Source of the DNA: a candidate division FCPU426 bacterium
GTDB lineage: Bacteria; Oederibacteriota; JAAXVQ01; JAUVAV01
NCBI GenBank assembly: GCA_030637655.1
Contig: DAOWGI010000031.1
Location: 9,588 to 73,587, forward strand
Length of the DNA stretch: 64,000 nucleotides
Direction: 5' to 3'
Part shown: piece after piece, positions 57,869-64,000 of the stretch
How the letters are laid out: every line of letters begins with the position of its first letter
How positions within the stretch are numbered: position 1 is the first letter of the stretch
Position numbers and translations under genes: made by a program
Notes under the pieces: model-generated
What the model saw: the letters and a program-made list of their open reading frames with translations, nothing else
Databases searched by the model: none
What the model was told of the DNA's origin: nothing

Positions 57869-58293
57869 TGAAAAAAACCGGACGTGTCCTGGGTCTGGAT
57901 TTTGGCGCTCGCCGGATTGGAGTGGCTATATCAGATCCTTTGGGCATTACTGCCCAGCCACTTACCACCATTCGCAATAAAAAAGCGACCTGCCTGTCAG
58001 AACTGACCCAACTTATTCTGGAGAAAGAGGTCATCCTGTTGGTGGTCGGCTTACCGCGGCACATGAGTGGCCAGGAGGGTGAAAAAGCGCTGGCTGCCAG
58101 GGAGTTTGGGGAACGCTTAAGCCAACAGGCGAAAGTTCCGGTTCAGTACATTGATGAGCGTCTGACCACTGTGGCAGCACAACGTGTGCTCACTGAAAGC
58201 GGCATGTCAGGAAGTAAACAAAGACAAGCAGTTGATAAATTAGCCGCGGTTTTAATTCTGCAAACCTGGATGGATAGACAGCAGCGAGCGTAG
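57868..58293 (+). CDS. ruvX: Holliday junction resolvase-like / pre-16S rRNA nuclease
   Basis: LGLDFG.RRIGVAISD, VVGLP, DERLTT, VDKLAA. Confidence 0.95.
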   Translation: MKKTGRVLGLDFGARRIGVAISDPLGITAQPLTTIRNKKATCLSELTQLILEKEVILLVVGLPRHMSGQEGEKALAAREFGERLSQQAKVPVQYIDERLTTVAAQRVLTESGMSGSKQRQAVDKLAAVLILQTWMDRQQRA

Positions 58294-58549
58294 GGAACGG
58301 TCCCCCAACCGGAAGGCTTATTGAAAAATAAGGGATTCCCTTTGGTTGCGACCGTTCCCTACAGCCCCGGCTATAAATGTAAAATTAATGTAATTTATCG
58401 GTTTCCAGAGAAATCCGAAAGAGAAATATCCTTGTGTTCTAAAGGAAATATGATAAACTACCTAAACAATAATTTTGTAGGGAACGTTCCCCCAACCGGA
58501 AGGCTTATTGAAAAATAAGGGATTCCCTTTGGTTGCGAACGTTCCCTAC
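58290..58549 (+). repeat. two 73-bp REP+insert direct repeats
   Basis: 58290-58362 and 58477-58549 are identical except for one compensatory base pair. Confidence 0.9.
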
Positions 58550-58590
58550 TGAAGATGACAAAAATATTCATATGGGCACTGATTATCAGA

Positions 58591-60030
58591 ATGAAAACCT
58601 ATATTTTAAATCCTACTCTAAAAAATGAAGATCAATTTATTCGTGAAGGCCGTTGTATGCAAAAAGCCTCCTCCTGGGCCACTGCCTGGCCGCCCATCTC
58701 CCTGGCTTTGCTGGGAACCCTGGCCCAGAAATGGGGAGAAGTCCGTTTATTGGATGGCAATGTGGAACCCCCGAGTATGGCAGAACTGCTGGCAGACATT
58801 CGGTCTTTTGCTCCGGACTGCTTGTTGGTCAATACCGGATTTCCCTCTATTGACGCGGATATGGCTGTTGCCAAAGCCATTAAAAAAGCTTTTCCAGAGA
58901 TAAAACTGGTTACCTATGGGGTGTACTTTACCATGCTGAAAAAAGAGGGATATGCCAATTATCCTTTTCTGGATGTGGCCATGGTGGGTGAACCGGAAGA
59001 AACGTTTATGGAGTTGCTGGAAGCGTTTGCCACAGGCAAAAAACCATTGAGTACCATCCGCGGCATTATCTACCAAGAAAACAATCAGATCAGCATGACG
59101 GAGATTCGTCCCTTGTTGGAGGATCTGGACAAGTTGCCCAGGCCCAATCGTAAGCTGCTAAAAAACGAGCGCTATCGCTTGCCGCACAACAACAAGGTTT
59201 ATACTTTGGTCAATTCCGCGCGCGGCTGTCCTTTTGATTGCACCTATTGCATTGTAAAGACCTTTTACGGAAAAAAGCTGCGCAAGCATTCCATAGAGTA
59301 TGTGATCCGGGAAATCAAGCAATGTCAGGAAGAATTTGGCATACAGGAATTCCTGTTTTGGGAAGAAGCCTTTACCTTAGATAAAAATTATGTCCTAACA
59401 CTCTGTGATGCCATCCTTAAAAACAACTTAAACATCAAGTGGGCAGCCACTACCCGGGTCAGCTCTTTGACCGAAGAAATCGTGGCAGCTATGAAAAAAG
59501 CCGGCTGCTATTTGGTAGGGTTGGGAATCGAGAGTTCCAGCCAGGAAATACTCGATCTAGCCAAGAAAAAGCAGACCATAGCGGAAATCGAGCGCGCGGT
59601 TGCGATCTGTAAAAAATTTAAGTTGCAGACCATGGGTCACTTTATTTTTGGCTTGCCGGGCGAAACCCGGGAAACAGCGGAACAGACCTTAAAATTCATG
59701 AAACGCTTGGGTATTGATTACATGCAGTGTTATTGTGCTGTGCCGTATCCTGGGACTGAACTGGGTGAAATGGCCAAAGCCAAGGGGTGGGTGTGCGCGG
59801 AAAAATGGTCGCAATATGATTTTGGCGGCAACTCCATTATGAATACCGACCAATTAACCCATGCGGAAGTAGATGACTTCCGGCGCCGTGCTTTTTTGGG
59901 TTTTTATTTTCGTCCCTGGTACGTGCTCAAAAAAATACTTACAGACCTCTCCATACGGCAACTTTTCAGATTGTCGAACTTCACGGATTGGATGAAACTC
60001 ATAGGAATCGGAAAGCAGAGGACAAAATGA
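58591..60030 (+). CDS. B12-binding radical SAM protein
   Basis: SARGCPFDCTYC; N-terminal B12-like domain with GEPE; GIESSS; FIFGLPGET. Confidence 0.92.
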   Translation: MKTYILNPTLKNEDQFIREGRCMQKASSWATAWPPISLALLGTLAQKWGEVRLLDGNVEPPSMAELLADIRSFAPDCLLVNTGFPSIDADMAVAKAIKKAFPEIKLVTYGVYFTMLKKEGYANYPFLDVAMVGEPEETFMELLEAFATGKKPLSTIRGIIYQENNQISMTEIRPLLEDLDKLPRPNRKLLKNERYRLPHNNKVYTLVNSARGCPFDCTYCIVKTFYGKKLRKHSIEYVIREIKQCQEEFGIQEFLFWEEAFTLDKNYVLTLCDAILKNNLNIKWAATTRVSSLTEEIVAAMKKAGCYLVGLGIESSSQEILDLAKKKQTIAEIERAVAICKKFKLQTMGHFIFGLPGETRETAEQTLKFMKRLGIDYMQCYCAVPYPGTELGEMAKAKGWVCAEKWSQYDFGGNSIMNTDQLTHAEVDDFRRRAFLGFYFRPWYVLKKILTDLSIRQLFRLSNFTDWMKLIGIGKQRTK

Positions 60031-61190
60031 GTAAATTTGATATCAGTCTGGTTATCCCTTGTTTGAATGAAGAAAAGACCCTGAAAGTGTGTATTCAAAA
60101 GGCGCAAAAAGCTTTCAAACAGGTAAAGATGATGGGTGAGGTGGTGGTGGTGGATAACGGTTCCACAGACCGCTCGACAGCAATAGCCCAAAAAGCCGGG
60201 GCCCGGGTGGTGTCGCATTCCATGCGCGGGTATGGCAGCGCCTTGAAACGCGGAATTGCTGAGGCTAAGGGAAAATACATCATTATGGGTGACGGGGACA
60301 ACACCTATGATTTTTTGGAAATTCCCAAGTTTATTGAACAATTAAAGCAGGGTGCTGAGCTGGTTATGGGCAGCCGCTTACGCGGTAAGATCGAAAAAAA
60401 TGCCATGCCCTGGCTCCACCGCTATGTGGGAACTCCGGTATTGACCACGATTATGAATATATTCTACGGCTCCAAAATTTCGGATACCAATTGCGGGATG
60501 CGTGGTTTTACTAAAAAGGCAATTGAATCCCTTAAATTACGCTGCAATGGCATGGAATTTGCGACTGAAATGGTTATCAAAGCGGCGCAGAAGAAATTGA
60601 AAATTGTTGAGTTTCCGATTGATTATTATGCTACTTTACCGGACCGGGTGCCCAATTTGCACACATTTCGGGATGGCTGGCGGCACCTCCGTTTTATCCT
60701 GCTGTTGGCGCCGCGCTACTTATTCTTGCTGCCCGGATTGGTTATCTTTTTAGCTGGTTTGAGCTTGTCCTTGCTCTTGTTTATTCAGAATCAGGTCAGT
60801 TTTTTAAACATTCCCTTAGGGCTGTCCACAGCCATGTTTGCCAACGCGCTCTTGTTTATGGGGTTGCAGATCGGCTTGTTCGGCGTGTATGCGGTTATCT
60901 TTAATACTTCCCAGGGTCTGATGGACGAGGATGGCTTGAGCCGCTGGATCAATAAGTACTTCAATCTGGAACTGGGTCTGGTGATTGGCAGTATAGTCTT
61001 ATTTCTGGGTCTGGTGATCAGCGGAGGTACTATCAGCACCTTGCTCAAGGTTTCAGCCAGTATGGGCAGTGTCAATATTCCGGTAACTAAATTGGCGATT
61101 ATTTCTGTTTTTACTATTTTACTGGGTATTCAGATTGTGTTTTCGTCGTTCTACTTAAGCCTCTTTAATTTAAAGAAGACTCTGGAATAA
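60027..61190 (+). CDS. glycosyltransferase family 2 with C-terminal TMs
   Basis: VIPCLNEE, VVDNGSTD, GYGSAL, GDGD, GSR, RDGWRH. Confidence 0.93.
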   Translation: MSKFDISLVIPCLNEEKTLKVCIQKAQKAFKQVKMMGEVVVVDNGSTDRSTAIAQKAGARVVSHSMRGYGSALKRGIAEAKGKYIIMGDGDNTYDFLEIPKFIEQLKQGAELVMGSRLRGKIEKNAMPWLHRYVGTPVLTTIMNIFYGSKISDTNCGMRGFTKKAIESLKLRCNGMEFATEMVIKAAQKKLKIVEFPIDYYATLPDRVPNLHTFRDGWRHLRFILLLAPRYLFLLPGLVIFLAGLSLSLLLFIQNQVSFLNIPLGLSTAMFANALLFMGLQIGLFGVYAVIFNTSQGLMDEDGLSRWINKYFNLELGLVIGSIVLFLGLVISGGTISTLLKVSASMGSVNIPVTKLAIISVFTILLGIQIVFSSFYLSLFNLKKTLE

Positions 61191-61206
61191 AAATCCGCCC
61201 TTTGTC

Positions 61207-61231
61207 GTAGGGGCGGGTTCCAAACCCGCCC
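61207..61231 (+). repeat. GTAG-type REP
   Basis: GTAGGGGCGGGTTCCAAACCCGCCC. Confidence 0.85.
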
Positions 61232-61255
61232 ACAAATCAAATATATGAAATCGTA

Positions 61256-61615
61256 TCAAATATTGCGTTCAGCAATATCACCTACAATAGGAAGCTTGAA
61301 AGCAATACCTTGAGAAGCCTTTACCATCATAAAGAGCCAGATCGAAAAAGCCGCAATGGACAGGAAAAAATTCAGAATAAAGCCTAAGATCGGGATAACT
61401 TTTAACACCATGATAATCACAAAGAGACCGCCAAATACCATGGTGGATTGCAGAGCATGGAAACGGACAAAAGGATTGTCTTTTTCCAAAATGTAGAAAA
61501 AGATACCAGTCACAAATCCTAGCAGGTAGGCAAGCGCTCCTGCCACACTGGGTTCAATGCCGGATTTAGTGGTGCCCAAATCATAATCCGGTTTACGATG
61601 GGAATGAACTGGCAT
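61256..61615 (-). CDS. DUF4870-like membrane protein
   Basis: AGALAYLLG..EKDNPFVRFHALQS..FKLPIVGDIAE; GGGGG RBS. Confidence 0.85.
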   Translation of the reverse strand: MPVHSHRKPDYDLGTTKSGIEPSVAGALAYLLGFVTGIFFYILEKDNPFVRFHALQSTMVFGGLFVIIMVLKVIPILGFILNFFLSIAAFSIWLFMMVKASQGIAFKLPIVGDIAERNI

Positions 61616-61849
61616 CGAAATACCCCCCTTGGAATGAAAACTTTAGACAAGCGATATTATAGTAATGTCGCCGGCTTTTGTAAACAGTAAAGACGTGTGC
61701 CTGGGAAAGGATTTGTGCCGGTGCCAGGCCGGAAGAAGAAAACAGGCTGCCTTGGTATGTTGCTTTGGCGGAAATTCTGAAGACAGAAGCAGAAATTTGC
61801 GATAAAATATATGTGTTTTTAAAGCTTGTATGAGATGATGATTTTATTC

Positions 61850-61877
61850 GTAGAGACGCGATTAATCGCGTCTCTAC
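61850..61877. repeat. REP palindrome
   Basis: GTAGAGACGCGATTAATCGCGTCTCTAC. Confidence 0.9.
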
Positions 61878-61903
61878 AGTATAGAGATCAAAAAGAGGGG
61901 ATT

Positions 61904-63829
61904 ATGTTAAAAAAAACCATATTCTGTATCTTTTCTGTTCTTTTTATCTGTGCCTCAGCCTGGTCTCAAACCCGGCCTGATAAAAGCAGTTTACCCACTT
62001 TGCCCCATCCTTCTCAAAAAACTAATGATTATATCCCCGGTGAAGTGATTGTAAAATACCGCTCTGTCTTTACCACCACTGATTGTAACCTTTTTAATAC
62101 GCAAGTTCAGGCCAGCGCGGTGAATAAGATTACAGCACAAGCCGCTTTTCATAAGCATTTCAAAACACAAGTGAAGAAAAAAAACCGTATGAAGGATTGG
62201 GAGTTATTACGCTTACCGGAGGGTCAATCCGTTAGCGCAGCAATTGCGGACATGAAAGAAAACGCTCTGATTGAATATGTGGAGCCGAACGGCCGTGTTT
62301 ATGCTGCTGCGTCCTCTACTACCTTCACACCCAATGGAGTTTTCAATGATCCTTATTATACGGATGGCTCCACTCAGTGGTGGATTGACCGGACTCAAGG
62401 CGATGAGGCGGCTAATGCCGGAGTCTTTTTTGGCGGCAGCTCGGATGTAATCGTGGCTGTTCTGGATACCGGCGCGGACGCGGATCATGTTGAATTTACC
62501 GGACGCTTGGTAGCTGGCTGGAATTTTGTGTCAGGCAATAGCAACACAGATGATGACAATTACAGGCTTGGCGGACCTACGGGTACTATTGTTAATGGTC
62601 ACGGTACGCATGCTGCTGGAGCAGTGGTGGCCATTAATAACAATACCCTGGGAGTTGCCGGAACTGCCTGGGATTCGCGGATCAAGGTCATGCCTGTGAA
62701 AGTGTTGAATAACTTTGCTAATGGAAATTTTTTCGACATTGCCGATGGAATTACTTATGCTGCTGACAATGGCGCGCATATTATCAATATGAGTTTTGTT
62801 ACCACCTCACATTCAACAGCGATCTATGCTGCTATTACTAATACTGCTGGTACAATGAAGGTGGCAGCTGCAGGTAATGCGAATGAAAACATGAAAGACA
62901 CGCCTTATTATCCGGCATGTTATGCGGAAGTCATGAGTGTGGGTGCAACAGATGCCCGGGATATGGTAACTTTTTATTCCAATTACTGCGATGCCTATGA
63001 TGCGGACCGTTTGGATTGCGTAGCTCCGGGAGGGGCTTTGGAAAATTATTGGCCGGAGGACCCATTGCTCTATCCGGAAGACAATGGATTAACTATAACA
63101 GCCAGAACCGGAGGCTGGAACGCGGTGGACGGGACCTCGTTTGCCGCCCCGCAAGTGGCTGCGCTGGCTGCCTTAATAAAACTTACCTGGCCGAGCATGA
63201 CAGCCAGTGAATTACGCACTCGTATATTGAATAATTGTGATGTTGTTGACACCGGGGAAACCCGCTACTACGGGCAGGGCAGAATCAATGTACTGAGCGC
63301 ATTAAGCGGTTTCCCGACGCCGACCATTACTCCCACAGCTACTATTTCTGCGACTTATACAGCATCTCCCACCCATTCCCCGACTGCTACTCATTCTCCT
63401 ACATCTACGATTACTCCAACTGTTTCCCCAACACCGACTATTTCTGCGACCTACACTCATTCTCCAACTGTGACATTGACACCGACTGCCAGTCCGACCA
63501 GCACCAATTCGCCGACTGCTACCATAACGCCGACGACAATACCACTCTCATTTGTTTCAGATGAATTCCAAGCTTATCCGCAGCCAGGCCGGAATTTTGT
63601 GCGCGTGGCTTTCCGTTTTGTGGGTACTGGAACTGTGGCACTGGAATTATACAATACAATTGGTGAACGGGTGCTGCGTGTGGAAGAGCAGCCCCAGGAT
63701 CAGGGAGATTATGCAGTGGTTGAGATGATCACCCGGGATATAAGACCTGGTGTGTATTACCTGAAATTAAAGGTTGAAGATACCAATGGCAGCCGGGTGA
63801 TTACCGGAAAAATAGCGATTGTGAAATGA
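61904..63829 (+). CDS. secreted S8 protease with a Thr/Pro/Ser linker and a T9SS-like C-terminal domain
   Basis: Start MLKK after GAGGGG; VLDTG, HGTHAAG, GTSFAAP; TPT/SPT repeats; AYPQP..LYN..G..PGVYYL. Confidence 0.9.
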   Translation: MLKKTIFCIFSVLFICASAWSQTRPDKSSLPTLPHPSQKTNDYIPGEVIVKYRSVFTTTDCNLFNTQVQASAVNKITAQAAFHKHFKTQVKKKNRMKDWELLRLPEGQSVSAAIADMKENALIEYVEPNGRVYAAASSTTFTPNGVFNDPYYTDGSTQWWIDRTQGDEAANAGVFFGGSSDVIVAVLDTGADADHVEFTGRLVAGWNFVSGNSNTDDDNYRLGGPTGTIVNGHGTHAAGAVVAINNNTLGVAGTAWDSRIKVMPVKVLNNFANGNFFDIADGITYAADNGAHIINMSFVTTSHSTAIYAAITNTAGTMKVAAAGNANENMKDTPYYPACYAEVMSVGATDARDMVTFYSNYCDAYDADRLDCVAPGGALENYWPEDPLLYPEDNGLTITARTGGWNAVDGTSFAAPQVAALAALIKLTWPSMTASELRTRILNNCDVVDTGETRYYGQGRINVLSALSGFPTPTITPTATISATYTASPTHSPTATHSPTSTITPTVSPTPTISATYTHSPTVTLTPTASPTSTNSPTATITPTTIPLSFVSDEFQAYPQPGRNFVRVAFRFVGTGTVALELYNTIGERVLRVEEQPQDQGDYAVVEMITRDIRPGVYYLKLKVEDTNGSRVITGKIAIVK

Positions 63830-63911
63830 CGCCGTCGGGTAACATGTCAATGAACTAATGGAACCAAAATTAACCGCCGATGAACGCAGATAGACGCAGA
63901 TAATTTTAATC

Positions 63912-63976
63912 GTAGGGGCACCCCTTGCGGGTGCCCTTCAAATTAAAACCAGGGCAGGGGCAAGCCCTGCCCCTAC
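63912..63976. repeat. inverted REP doublet
   Basis: GTAGGGGCACCCCTTGCGGGTGCCCT ... AGGGCAGGGGCAAGCCCTGCCCCTAC. Confidence 0.85.
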
Positions 63977-64000
63977 GGGAATATAAAAATCCTGCGGGTA

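Noticed and set aside
58321-58518. 65-aa ORF between ruvX and the radical SAM gene
   Set aside because: It begins and ends inside the 73-bp repeats; likely non-coding.

Overview
Bacterial chromosomal window from a probable diderm (lnt, PorV-like barrels, an outer-membrane barrel), most likely an uncultured candidate-phylum organism (inference). Bases 1-24818 hold a cluster of three related large or giant membrane proteins: one truncated by the window edge, one of 3306 aa and one of ~2255 aa. The two complete ones share an unusual extended leader and a TraB/Tiki/ChaN-like N-terminal domain, and carry different middle modules (split GGDEF-like versus HExxH zincin-like). All three share a C-terminal segment ending in small residues. 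Two YD/RHS-like exported proteins and lnt lie within this cluster. The rest is housekeeping: clpB, yicC-remA-gmk-rpoZ-coaBC, priA-def-fmt, NTase-TPM-lemA, rnpB, aroF, recX-alaS, phasin-ubiB-ruvX and radical SAM-GT2. It is interspersed with secreted proteins bearing a T9SS/FlgD-like C-terminal domain, including two S8 protease + PorV-like cassettes. Intergenic DNA is saturated with palindromic repeats: GTAG-type REPs (some nested, some supplying stop codons, one forming helix P3 of RNase P RNA), MITE-like elements (a near-identical pair brackets rnpB), and a divergent pair of long co-varying hairpins. I saw no CRISPR array, tRNA, rRNA, transposase or reverse transcriptase. All calls are by eye; no database search was run.
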